Assembly (NCBI GenBank): GCA_964571705.1
Contig: CAZNDJ010000003.1
Coordinates: forward strand, 6,788-70,787
Direction of reading: 5' to 3'
Length of the DNA stretch: 64,000 nucleotides
From: an uncultured Chitinophagaceae bacterium
Lineage (GTDB): Bacteria; Bacteroidota; Bacteroidia; Chitinophagales; LD1
The translations under genes and the position numbers were made by a program. Below are positions 47,804 to 57,151 of this stretch, one piece after another (within the stretch, counting starts at the first letter, position 1; every line of letters starts with the position of its first letter). A model generated the notes under the pieces. That model made no database searches and was not told the origin of the DNA. It was given only the letters and a program-made list of their open reading frames with translations.

Positions 47804-48826
47804 ATGAGACATCACTCACTTTATCGGTTAGTGCTTCATGCTCCTCGTATGCTTCCTCTTTTGCTTATACTGGTGAGCTTGCATACATCAGCCCAATATG
47901 CGCCTGCAGCAGGGATATCTGGCAGCGCAGCTATACCCGCTAGTGCTGATTCTGTAGTTCTTTGGGCATCCGGTTGCACCGTATTGCGGGGGCTTCAGGA
48001 TATAGCAGTGCCTGGATCTGGCGTGGCCACTGCCGGAGACTCGGCTCAGGCCATCGGGCCTGCTGGTGGTAATACTATAGTAAGCCTTGGGGATGGAGGT
48101 GTCGCTACTCTTACATTCGACCATGCTATAGTGAATCGGCCAGGTTTTGACTTTGCTGTATTTGAAAATGGCTTTAGTCCATCCAGTCCGGAAATGGCAT
48201 TTCTGGAACTAGGCTTTGTAGAGGTGAGTAGTGACGGCCTCCATTTCGTACGGTTCCTATCCATAGATGATACCCAGGATACAATACAGATCGGCAATGG
48301 CGGCACTATGGATGCCCGCAGATTAAACAATCTGGCTGGTAAATATGTAAACGGTTATGGCACCCCCTTTGATCTGGAGGAACTCAAGGACTCTTCCGAT
48401 CTCGATGTAAATCACATCACGCATGTGCGAGTAAGGGACGTGGTAGGTTCTCTGGACCCTGCCTATGCCAGCTATGACAGTCGCAGCCGCAAGATCAATG
48501 ATCCATATCCTACTCCTTTTGCTTCTTGTGGGTTTGATCTGGATGCGGTAGGTGTGATGCATGCAGATGGCATCACGGGGACGCCTGATATCTCCATAGC
48601 ATCCATCAGCATGTACCCCAATCCAGTAGAATCACGGCTGTACATACAAACCTACACCCACGAGCCTGGTACTTTGATTTTATGTAATGTTGCTGGTCAA
48701 GCTTTGCAGACGTTTACATTTTCTGGTGCGACTGGTATAGATATGTCTGCTTACTCTATGGGCATTTATCGCGCTAACATTGTCATGCCTTTTGGCTCAT
48801 TCTCTCATCTGATCATTAAGCAATGA
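47804..48826 (+). CDS. T9SS-sorted secreted protein of unknown function
   Basis: The signal sequence is MLPLLLILVSLHTSAQ. The unassigned body contains GFDFAVFENGF, LELGFVEVSSDGLHFVRF and GFDLDAVGV. The CTD is ISMYPNPVESRLYIQT...GIYRANIVMPFGSFSHLIIKQ. Confidence 0.55.
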   Translation: MRHHSLYRLVLHAPRMLPLLLILVSLHTSAQYAPAAGISGSAAIPASADSVVLWASGCTVLRGLQDIAVPGSGVATAGDSAQAIGPAGGNTIVSLGDGGVATLTFDHAIVNRPGFDFAVFENGFSPSSPEMAFLELGFVEVSSDGLHFVRFLSIDDTQDTIQIGNGGTMDARRLNNLAGKYVNGYGTPFDLEELKDSSDLDVNHITHVRVRDVVGSLDPAYASYDSRSRKINDPYPTPFASCGFDLDAVGVMHADGITGTPDISIASISMYPNPVESRLYIQTYTHEPGTLILCNVAGQALQTFTFSGATGIDMSAYSMGIYRANIVMPFGSFSHLIIKQ

Positions 48827-49005
48827 AAGAAATCTGTAGAGAAGGGAAACCCATCGTGATAGCAAAACAGCCAAATGCAGATGCTCCGCATTATTATGTA
48901 GATAATGGCCTGATGGTATTTACAGAGGCTTATCATTTGTCCAGAGGTTATTGCTGCAAGAATCGATGCAGGCATTGCCCATTCGGATATAAGAAAAGGC
49001 GGTGA
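48823..49005 (+). CDS. Small Cys-rich DUF5522-like protein
   Basis: 60 aa ending YHLSRGYCCKNRCRHCPFGYKKRR. Its ATG overlaps the upstream stop (ATGA at 48823-48826), and its TGA overlaps the GTG start of the next gene (49002-49005). Confidence 0.6.
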   Translation: MKEICREGKPIVIAKQPNADAPHYYVDNGLMVFTEAYHLSRGYCCKNRCRHCPFGYKKRR

Positions 49006-50915
49006 AGGGGTCTGTTATATACGCGCTGACGGCATTTGTGCTAGCTGTATCAGATGATACACACGGGATCGGCATGACTGATACGACTGTACAGCTACGG
49101 ACAGTGACCATAGATACTATCGCATATAGCAGGATAGGAGGAGCCAGGAATAAAGCTACGCTTATAGAGTTCAATGATACAGATGGTCGTAAGGCCTCAG
49201 AGATATTGTCGGATTTTTCGGGGATCTATCTAAAAAATTATGGTGTAGGACAGTTAAGCTCAATCTCATTTAGGGGCAGTTCAGCTGCTCAGACTGAGCT
49301 ACAATGGAATGGCATCAAGCTAAATAATCCCAGTACCGGGCAGGTGGATCTATCGCTTTTTGATATCGCGGCTGATGACAAGCTCACTATATCAGATCGC
49401 GGCTCTAACAGTACTGGCATCGGAGGGGTGGTCACGATAGACAATGATTTGAGATTGAAGGCTGCAAAAGGTATATATTCAGATAATACGATCAGGCTAG
49501 GGAGTTTTGGGGAACACTCTGTGTCTACTCGTAATGTCTACCGGTTTCGGAATTTTATGGGGGCTACCAGAGTTAGCTATCTTGCTGCAGACAATGACTT
49601 TACCTACGTCAATAGCAGCATGCTTGGGGCACCGCTAATGCGGCAGGGAAATGCTGCTACACGCCTATTTTCTGTGATGCAGCAGCTACAATATTCCTTT
49701 CCGAAGGCGGTAATATTGAGAGCTGATCTTTGGGTGACTGATGCTGATCGTCAGCTACCGCCAGTTATGACCTCGGATCAGAGTAGTGAACGGCAATGGG
49801 ACCGTTCTTACAGAGCCATTTTCCATATTTCTGGTCGCAGAGCTAAGTTCAGATATACCCTTCGTTCAGCATATTTATATGATAGATTGAGATATGTTGA
49901 TACTATGACATCTATAGATAGTCGTTCGGTTTCTCATGCTATCCGCAACGTTTTTACTGGTCGCTATGAGTTTTGGAATTCGCTTATTCTGGAAGGCAGG
50001 GCTCACTACGATCATGAGATGGCTGGGTCATCAGGATATGATCATGTCTGGAGCCGGGATCTGGCTGGCATCACCCTGGAAATGCAGTACTATCATAGAA
50101 GTGGGTTTAACGCGAAAGCTAATGCCGGCTTGGAAATACAGGGCAACCGGCTACTGCCTATTTCAGCATCATTGAGTATAGGGTATCTTAGAAAATTCAA
50201 TAAGGAGGTTTTTACCCTGGAGGCCACAGGGTCTCATGCCTACCGCGTCCCTGGATTAAATGATCTTTATTGGAGTACTGGGGGGAGCCCTCTACTGCGA
50301 CCTGAGAAAGCATGGAAGAGCGGCCTGCATATAGCATATACACATTCCTTCTGGCTGAATATATTGACCGATGGTTTTTATAACTATGTCACCGACTGGA
50401 TACAGTGGTCTCCAGAACAGAGCAGCGCAATCTGGACCGCTCAAAACCTGAAGCGTGTCTTATCGCGCGGTGTCACCGCAGAAATAAAAATGCAAAGCCG
50501 GCAGAATGTGACCAGCGGGAGGCTGGCAGTAAGTGGAGGGATAAGTTATACTTACACCAATACGATCTCCCTGGATCCGATCTCTGCAAATGACAACTCA
50601 AAGAGCAAGCAATTGATATATGTACCATTGCATAACCTGGTAGCGTCTGTACAGGTGCAGTACAGACACTTTTACATCAGGGCTAGTCAGGTGTACACGG
50701 GAGAGCGCTATATCACAACAGATAATTCACAAGCACTTCAACCTTACTCCCTGACGCATCTTGAGGTTGGCAAGGATTTTAATATGCAAAGTCAGCACCT
50801 CTGCTTGTCTTTTCGGATTTCCAACATTACTAACCAGCAGTACCAGATGGTTACCCAGAGGCCTATGCCGGGCCGGGGATTTGAGGGTACTCTTAGAATT
50901 AATCTAGCTAAATGA
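49002..50915 (+). CDS. TonB-dependent outer-membrane receptor, BtuB-like
   Basis: 637 aa. The plug motifs FSGIYLKNYGVGQLSSISFRGSSAAQTELQWNGIKLNNPSTGQVDLSLF are present, followed by a long region of alternating beta-strand pattern. It lies in a riboswitch-controlled operon. Confidence 0.8.
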   Translation: MKGSVIYALTAFVLAVSDDTHGIGMTDTTVQLRTVTIDTIAYSRIGGARNKATLIEFNDTDGRKASEILSDFSGIYLKNYGVGQLSSISFRGSSAAQTELQWNGIKLNNPSTGQVDLSLFDIAADDKLTISDRGSNSTGIGGVVTIDNDLRLKAAKGIYSDNTIRLGSFGEHSVSTRNVYRFRNFMGATRVSYLAADNDFTYVNSSMLGAPLMRQGNAATRLFSVMQQLQYSFPKAVILRADLWVTDADRQLPPVMTSDQSSERQWDRSYRAIFHISGRRAKFRYTLRSAYLYDRLRYVDTMTSIDSRSVSHAIRNVFTGRYEFWNSLILEGRAHYDHEMAGSSGYDHVWSRDLAGITLEMQYYHRSGFNAKANAGLEIQGNRLLPISASLSIGYLRKFNKEVFTLEATGSHAYRVPGLNDLYWSTGGSPLLRPEKAWKSGLHIAYTHSFWLNILTDGFYNYVTDWIQWSPEQSSAIWTAQNLKRVLSRGVTAEIKMQSRQNVTSGRLAVSGGISYTYTNTISLDPISANDNSKSKQLIYVPLHNLVASVQVQYRHFYIRASQVYTGERYITTDNSQALQPYSLTHLEVGKDFNMQSQHLCLSFRISNITNQQYQMVTQRPMPGRGFEGTLRINLAK

Positions 50916-51949
50916 AAAATCTGCAGGCTTTAATACTCGGAGGGGTAATGTTTTTTCTGACCTCTTGCGGCAAAGATAAAACCGGCACTACTACCCAAGG
51001 TCGTGTAATAGTGATCAATGAAGGCGGCTTTCATCATGGGGATGCTTCTGTATCCGTGTATGATCCTGACAAGAGATCAATTTCCAATAATGTTTTTCTG
51101 GCACAAAACGGCTTTGCTTTGGGAGATGTAGCGCAGTGTATGAGTATGATAGGTGATACTGCATATATTGTGATGAACTTCTCCAAACAGATCGTGATAG
51201 CCGACGCTAGCCGAAATTTTAGCTATTTGGGTCATATATCGATGCCTGATGCTTCACCACGATACTTTTTACCTGTCAGTAGCACCAAGGCTTATGTGAC
51301 TGAGCTCTATGGACAAAAGATTTGGATAGTAGATTATCGTGCAGGCACGGTGACTGGTAGTATCCCGGTATCTGGATGGACGGAACAGCTTTTATCATAT
51401 GACGGTAAAGTTTACGTATTGGAGCAGACACTGCCAGACGGTGCACCAGTGCACAAAGTGCTCATGATAGACCCCGCTACAGACCAGATAGACCGTAGCC
51501 TGGATCTACCCACGGATCCAGGCAGTATGATACTAACAGATGACCATAAGCTTTTTGTACTTACATCCCGACAGGCTGCCCCGGTAGTGGCCGCTAGTTT
51601 GTATCAAATCAATCCATCTTCATTGATGATTTCAAAAAAGTGGGACTTTGATAGCGCGCAGCAGCCTTCTTATCTTAGGTATTCATCCTTTTCACATCAA
51701 TTGCTTTTTGCCATGAACGGTATTTATACCATGCCGCAGGGAGATACTATTTTACCTGGGCAGGTCACTATCACGTCTGATCACTGGAATGTATATGGAT
51801 TAGGAACTGATCCTGACAATGGTGATATATACATCAGTGATGCGATAGATTACCAGCAGGCCTCTCGTATCATGCGATACTCAGGAAGTGGTACCCGTAT
51901 AGATGCGTTTAGCGCAGGCATCATCACTAATGGGTTTGTATTCAGGTAA
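50912..51949 (+). CDS. Surface lipoprotein, putative beta-propeller (YncE/DUF5074-like; possible BtuG analogue)
   Basis: The lipobox reads GGVMFFLTSCGKD. Repeated segments of roughly 40-45 aa have hydrophobic strand patterns, such as VIVINEGGF..GDASVSVYD, AYIVMNFSKQIVIAD, AYVTELYGQKIWIVD and VYVLEQ. Its ATG overlaps the receptor stop (ATGA). Confidence 0.5.
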   Translation: MKNLQALILGGVMFFLTSCGKDKTGTTTQGRVIVINEGGFHHGDASVSVYDPDKRSISNNVFLAQNGFALGDVAQCMSMIGDTAYIVMNFSKQIVIADASRNFSYLGHISMPDASPRYFLPVSSTKAYVTELYGQKIWIVDYRAGTVTGSIPVSGWTEQLLSYDGKVYVLEQTLPDGAPVHKVLMIDPATDQIDRSLDLPTDPGSMILTDDHKLFVLTSRQAAPVVAASLYQINPSSLMISKKWDFDSAQQPSYLRYSSFSHQLLFAMNGIYTMPQGDTILPGQVTITSDHWNVYGLGTDPDNGDIYISDAIDYQQASRIMRYSGSGTRIDAFSAGIITNGFVFR

Positions 51950-53107
51950 ATGGACAGTCTAAGAGTCATTTCGAGTGTACTGGTGGGACTATTTTCCAGT
52001 TTTATTATGGCGGGGTGCCACCCGACAGGAGGTGCCATGCCAAGTACTAAGGATATAATGATCGATTCTTTAGTGCCAGTTGCATCGCATAGTTTCCGCA
52101 TAGAATATTATCAGCATTATAAAGTGATAAAAGTTTTAGTGCCGGGCAAAGAGCAACCTGTAAACTATGTGGTCTGTGCACCTGATGTGAAGCTCCCCTT
52201 ATGGCTGAATGAAGCTGTGAGAATAGATGCCCCTGTCACACGGGTGGCATGCCTTTCTACCACTCATATCGGTGCTATGCAGCTATTAAATGCGCGTGAC
52301 CGCATAGTCGTAGCGGCTAATACTGATCTCATATGTGACTCGGGGATCGCTACAATGATAGGTGCAGGTCATATCAGAAATGCTGGACATGACTACCAGC
52401 CAGACTATGAAATGATAGCCTTGGCGCAGCCACAGGTTTTATTTTCCGATGGGGAAAATGGTAGCTCCCAGCAAACAAGTGGAAAGATCAAGGCACTCCA
52501 TATCAAAATTGCATCCTCCAGAGATTATTTTGAGCAAGAGCCTTTAGCCAGAGCGGAATGGATCAAATTCTTTGCTGCATTTATAGATAAGGAGGCTGCA
52601 GCTGATAGTATTTTTGAAAGAGTAAAGATCGGCTATGGATATACCAAAAATAATGTAATCGAGACAGCTGAGCGCCCTACAGTTTTTTGTAACCTTCCGT
52701 ATAATGGTATCTGGTATATGCCCTGTGGCAAGAACTATGTTGCAAAACTTATAACGGATGCCGGAGGAGATTTCATATGGCAGAAAGACGACCCCATAAA
52801 TGGTCTGAACCTCACATTAAATTTTGAGCAGGTTTACCAGCGTGCAGCCGGGGCGGATTATTGGATCAATCCCGGAGTGACAATCTCGCTGCACCAGATC
52901 ATAGAGCAGGATGCAAAGTTTAAACTTTTCCGTGCTTGCAAAACAGGTAAAGTGTACAATTGTACAAATCGCCTCAGTGCTGGCGGAGGTATGGATATGT
53001 GGGAAACAGGGACCTTCCGGCCGGATATAGTGCTGAGTGACCTTGCCAGTATCTTTCACTCATCGTCGCCTCCCAAGGGGCTATATTACTATCAGCAACT
53101 CAAATGA
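51950..53107 (+). CDS. ABC-transporter periplasmic substrate-binding protein, BtuF/FhuD-like (class 8)
   Basis: 385 aa. The segment VTRVACLSTTHIGAMQLLNARDRIVVAANT, followed by PDYEMIALAQPQVLFSD, matches the PBP-8 pattern. Its start directly abuts the preceding stop. Confidence 0.6.
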   Translation: MDSLRVISSVLVGLFSSFIMAGCHPTGGAMPSTKDIMIDSLVPVASHSFRIEYYQHYKVIKVLVPGKEQPVNYVVCAPDVKLPLWLNEAVRIDAPVTRVACLSTTHIGAMQLLNARDRIVVAANTDLICDSGIATMIGAGHIRNAGHDYQPDYEMIALAQPQVLFSDGENGSSQQTSGKIKALHIKIASSRDYFEQEPLARAEWIKFFAAFIDKEAAADSIFERVKIGYGYTKNNVIETAERPTVFCNLPYNGIWYMPCGKNYVAKLITDAGGDFIWQKDDPINGLNLTLNFEQVYQRAAGADYWINPGVTISLHQIIEQDAKFKLFRACKTGKVYNCTNRLSAGGGMDMWETGTFRPDIVLSDLASIFHSSSPPKGLYYYQQLK

Positions 53108-54093
53108 TGCGGAACGCTACATATCTGACTTGGTGGCTGATGCTCGTACTCTGTGCCATGCTGATATTTTTATTACAAATGTTGGTGGGATCATACTCCA
53201 TATGGCCGATTGATATCTCGGATCCTGGTATAAGAAATATATTGCTGGAATCCAGGTTGCCTGCCGCTATAGCTGCTACTATAGGCGGTGCAGCTCTCTC
53301 TGTAGGCGGGCTGCAGATGCAGACATACTTTCGCAATCCGGTGGCTGGCCCTTTTGTCCTAGGCATCTCATCTGGTGCCTCCTTGGGAGTGGCTTTTTTT
53401 GTCATGCTATCTGGTGCACTAGATATGGCGACAGATAGCGAATGGGGCATAGCTTTATCATCATCGATAGGGGCTGTTTTAATCTTTCTGCTTGTCATGC
53501 TGATGTCCAGCAGGCTAAACAGCGCGGTAGCTATGCTGATCATAGGCCTCATGCTTGCTTCATTTATAAATGCGATCATCGAGGCTATCCAGACCATAGC
53601 TACAGCAGACTCAATCAAAAGCTATCTCTTTTGGACCATGGGAAGCTACCGCAATATCACCCTGGCCCAAGTACCAGTGATGATGGCGGTGATCGGCTCT
53701 GCACTAGTGATCAGTGTTACACTGATCAAGCCGCTTAATCTATTACTGACAGGGGAGGAGTACGCACGTCTCACTGGTCTTAATATACCTCGCAGCAGAT
53801 TCTGGATTGTGATCAGCACCTGTCTTCTTACCGGAGGCGTCACCGCCTTTTGCGGACCTGTAGGGTTCATAGGCCTGGCGGTACCACATATGGCCAGAGG
53901 GATGTTTGGCACCTCAGATCATAAAGTGCTAATGCCAGCTGCCATTCTGATAGGTGCCTGCGTGAGTGGCTTATGCAATCTGCTGACCGCTGTGCCCATA
54001 CACGGCCTAGTCTTGCCTATCAATACAATAACCTCCCTGATAGGAGCACCGTTTGTGATCTGGATTGTTTTGCAGGGGAAAGCACTCCGCTAA
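53104..54093 (+). CDS. FecCD-family ABC transporter permease, BtuC-like
   Basis: 329 aa. It contains LPAAIAATIGGAALSVGGLQMQTYFRNPVAGPFVLGISSGASLG and a C-terminal LIGAPFVIWIVL motif. Its start overlaps the preceding stop (ATGA). Confidence 0.85.
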   Translation: MMRNATYLTWWLMLVLCAMLIFLLQMLVGSYSIWPIDISDPGIRNILLESRLPAAIAATIGGAALSVGGLQMQTYFRNPVAGPFVLGISSGASLGVAFFVMLSGALDMATDSEWGIALSSSIGAVLIFLLVMLMSSRLNSAVAMLIIGLMLASFINAIIEAIQTIATADSIKSYLFWTMGSYRNITLAQVPVMMAVIGSALVISVTLIKPLNLLLTGEEYARLTGLNIPRSRFWIVISTCLLTGGVTAFCGPVGFIGLAVPHMARGMFGTSDHKVLMPAAILIGACVSGLCNLLTAVPIHGLVLPINTITSLIGAPFVIWIVLQGKALR

Positions 54094-54112
54094 ACTAGCG
54101 GAGCTGTTTTGT
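54085..54112. terminator. Terminator hairpin at the end of the B12 operon, between convergent genes
   Basis: CTCCGCTA (54085-54092), loop AAC, then TAGCGGAG (54096-54103) form a perfect 8-bp stem. CTGTTTTGTT follows. Confidence 0.65.
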
Positions 54113-55096
54113 TAGTTCATTCATCATCTCAGTAGTGATGTCCAGATGTGTGACCATACGTACCAGTGTAGAAGAGAAAGGAGAGGTTTTAATGCCTTTA
54201 GCAGCGAGCATTTCTGCTATTTGTGTACTATCTTCTACTTCAAAAATTACAATATTGGTCTCAACTGGCAGCACTTGTCTGACCCAGCTACAGTTTCTCA
54301 GAATGGTTTCTATCTGCGTCGCTTTATCATGATCTTCTTTCAGTCTCTTGATATTGTTTTCCAGTGCGTAAATACCTGCCGCCGCCAGGTAGCCGCTCTG
54401 CCGCATGCCTCCGCCCATCACTTTGCGGATCTTCCGGGATTTTTTGATAAAAGCCTTACGTCCCAGCAGTACGGAGCCCGCAGGTGTACCAAGTCCCTTG
54501 GATAGGCATACAGAAATACTATCAAACATGCCAGCCAGGTCTGAGGGGCCTTTACCCAATGTGGTTAACGCATTGAAAATTCGGGCACCATCCAAATGGT
54601 ATATCAGGCCCCGGGACCGGGCAAAATCACCGATTCTTTTCATCTGGTCGATGCTGTATACTGCGCCGCCTCCTTTGTTGACTGTATTCTCTATACATAC
54701 CATGCTGGTATTAGGATACCAGTCATAGTCCGGCAGGATGCACCGCTCGATTTGCTCTATGGTCATTATGCCACGCTCACCATCTGTCAGACGTACAGAT
54801 ACTCCTGAGTGAAACGCCCAGCCTGCAGTTTCATAGTTATAGATATGGCATAGTTTGTCGCATATGATCTCATCCAACGGCTGGGTATGAGCTTTCACGG
54901 CGATCTGGTTGGTCATCGTGCCACTCGGGCAGAAAAGACCGGCCTCCATACCAAACATGCTGGCTGCCATTTCCTCTAGTCTACGTACGGTAGGATCCTC
55001 GCCAAAAACATCATCTCCTACTTCCGCCCGGTACATGGCGTCCAGCATACCGGGTGTGGGTCTGGTCAGGGTGTCGCTGCGTAGATCTATGATCAT
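54095..55096 (-). CDS. ltaE: Low-specificity L-threonine aldolase
   Basis: The protein begins [21 protein letters not shown], contains a PLP-lysine context [14 protein letters not shown], and is 333 aa long. Confidence 0.85.
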   Translation of the reverse strand: MIIDLRSDTLTRPTPGMLDAMYRAEVGDDVFGEDPTVRRLEEMAASMFGMEAGLFCPSGTMTNQIAVKAHTQPLDEIICDKLCHIYNYETAGWAFHSGVSVRLTDGERGIMTIEQIERCILPDYDWYPNTSMVCIENTVNKGGGAVYSIDQMKRIGDFARSRGLIYHLDGARIFNALTTLGKGPSDLAGMFDSISVCLSKGLGTPAGSVLLGRKAFIKKSRKIRKVMGGGMRQSGYLAAAGIYALENNIKRLKEDHDKATQIETILRNCSWVRQVLPVETNIVIFEVEDSTQIAEMLAAKGIKTSPFSSTLVRMVTHLDITTEMMNELTKQLR

Positions 55097-55719
55097 CGGT
55101 TTACGATTTGAGATATAAATGAGATAAACAACTCAGGCTGAAAAAACAACGGGAATATAAAACCAAATACAGCTCCTGAGAAATGAGCCATGTGGCCTAT
55201 ATTATCCCGCTGCTGCCTGGCCATATATGCAGAGTATGCCAGATATATTATCCCAAAGATCACACCGGGAATATCTCTAAAAAACATAAACATAATCTGG
55301 CTCATAGGAGAAAACAAAATGGACGCGAATATGACGGCAGATACTGCTCCGGAGGCCCCTACGGCACTGAAATATTGGTTATTACGCTGCTCTATGAGGT
55401 CCGGTAAGCCTGAGATTATGGAAGCCAGGATATAAAACACAAAAAAGACAACATTTCCATTAATGCCCGGATACTCATTAAAATAATATTCGACAAGAGG
55501 TCCGAAACTATAAAGCGCTAACATGTTAAAAATAAAATGCATCCAATCTACATGAAGGAATGCACTGGTCAGGAGACGCCAATACTCCCGGTGATACCAT
55601 ACTCTGGTGGGGGAGAAACAATAACGGTCAAAAACATGGCCATTTTGAAACCCTGCGAAAGAGACTAATAGATTGATTACAATGATTAAAAATGTGATAT
55701 TGAAAGTAAAAGGAGGCAT
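55093..55719 (-). CDS. Rhomboid-family intramembrane serine protease
   Basis: 208 aa with 6 TM helices. It has an [13 protein letters not shown] motif, the catalytic [12 protein letters not shown], and a downstream HFSG histidine. It overlaps ltaE by 4 nt. Confidence 0.85.
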   Translation of the reverse strand: MPPFTFNITFLIIVINLLVSFAGFQNGHVFDRYCFSPTRVWYHREYWRLLTSAFLHVDWMHFIFNMLALYSFGPLVEYYFNEYPGINGNVVFFVFYILASIISGLPDLIEQRNNQYFSAVGASGAVSAVIFASILFSPMSQIMFMFFRDIPGVIFGIIYLAYSAYMARQQRDNIGHMAHFSGAVFGFIFPLFFQPELFISFISQIVNR

Positions 55720-55830
55720 AGTGTGTCTGAGGCCGTGAAGATAGCAAACGCATGGATTCCTAAAAAATGATAATCCTATGACAAATTCTCCAGCCTATCA
55801 TTTATATTTACGGTAGTATAAAACAAACAC

Positions 55831-57138
55831 ATGAAAAATAAATTACTCTCGGTTCTGGTATTGATGGTATGTATGACTGCTGCCAAGGCACAGTTGACTA
55901 ATGTGAGTTTTGAAAACTGGAATACCAGAACCAGCTATCTCTCTCTGTCCCTGCTGGGTACTGTGCATGATACTGCCGTAGCAAATGAAGCGGACGGATG
56001 GACATCTACTAATATGATCACAGCTGGTACACTTTTTAATAAAACGCTGGTCACCCAATCATCCACAGCTAAAGCAGGATCTTCTGCAATGCAGCTCGCT
56101 ACTGACAGTCTTTCTGCTAATATCAGTGGATTGGCGGTAAATCTGGTGGCTCCGGGTTTTGTACTAGCTGGTCAGTTTCCTATTGACCTCAATTCTTTTG
56201 CCGGCTCTGCTGCTACTGGTAATTTCAATCCACTGACCGTGCCAGGTGCTGGTACTGCCATAGATGGCCGCAAGGCAGCTATTGGTGGTTATCTCAAATT
56301 TGCTCCGCAAGGTGGTGATACAGCTTATGTGATTGCCCTGCTGCGTAAAGGTTCTACTGTGGTAGCGCAGGCTTCCTACAGGCATGCTAGTACTGACGCG
56401 GCCTATGTACCTTTTTCTGCACCTTTCGTTTACCAGAGCTGCTTGCAGCCGGATACACTGGTATATATCATATCCTCAGGCAATCCTTATACTTACAACA
56501 ATCTGATCAGTGGGCAGCCTACAGGTTTGCATGCAGGCACTAGTCTTTTGGCAGATAGTATGTGGGTGAGCGATACACTTTCTACAGCCTTTGCAGTAGC
56601 TCCGATCGTAGTAGGAGATACTGCCAACACTGTCAAAAATACACCGGTCACAATCCCAGTCTCTTTGAATGATGTTAGCTGCTACAGTTATCCATTGACT
56701 GTGTCTGTCTCTACCCAGCCTATCCATGGTACTGCCGCAGTCTCAGCTGCTGGAGATAGCATTGTGTACACACCCGCAGCGGGTTATATAGGACTTGACA
56801 CATTTTATTACACTTCATCAGTGAATGGCAGTCCATCTTCCTCTCCTGGGATGACACGGGTCAAAGTAGTCGCACCTACTGGCCTGGTGGAAGTGGCTGA
56901 GGGCCAGATCCGGGTTTATCCTAACCCGGCAAAGGATAATTTGCACATAATCAATGCCGGCAGCGCATATGCTAACGTAGCTATCTATGATATGCTAGGC
57001 AATCTGATAAAGACAGACGCAGTGACTTCAAACATGACTATAGATGTATCCTCTTTCACAGAGGGGATTTATATCATCCGTTTTGCCGGAAGCGAAGGCA
57101 AGGTGATAAATAGTTCCCGTTTCACTGTAGTTAAGTAA
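55831..57138 (+). CDS. T9SS-sorted secreted protein (unknown N-domain, cadherin/Ig-like segment, CTD)
   Basis: A signal peptide is present. The N-domain starts QLTNVSFENWN. A VVGDTANTVKNTPVTIPVSLNDV segment follows. The CTD is IRVYPNPAKDNLHIIN...GIYIIRFAGSEGKVINSSRFTVVK. Confidence 0.65.
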   Translation: MKNKLLSVLVLMVCMTAAKAQLTNVSFENWNTRTSYLSLSLLGTVHDTAVANEADGWTSTNMITAGTLFNKTLVTQSSTAKAGSSAMQLATDSLSANISGLAVNLVAPGFVLAGQFPIDLNSFAGSAATGNFNPLTVPGAGTAIDGRKAAIGGYLKFAPQGGDTAYVIALLRKGSTVVAQASYRHASTDAAYVPFSAPFVYQSCLQPDTLVYIISSGNPYTYNNLISGQPTGLHAGTSLLADSMWVSDTLSTAFAVAPIVVGDTANTVKNTPVTIPVSLNDVSCYSYPLTVSVSTQPIHGTAAVSAAGDSIVYTPAAGYIGLDTFYYTSSVNGSPSSSPGMTRVKVVAPTGLVEVAEGQIRVYPNPAKDNLHIINAGSAYANVAIYDMLGNLIKTDAVTSNMTIDVSSFTEGIYIIRFAGSEGKVINSSRFTVVK

Positions 57139-57151
57139 AAAATCACATATC

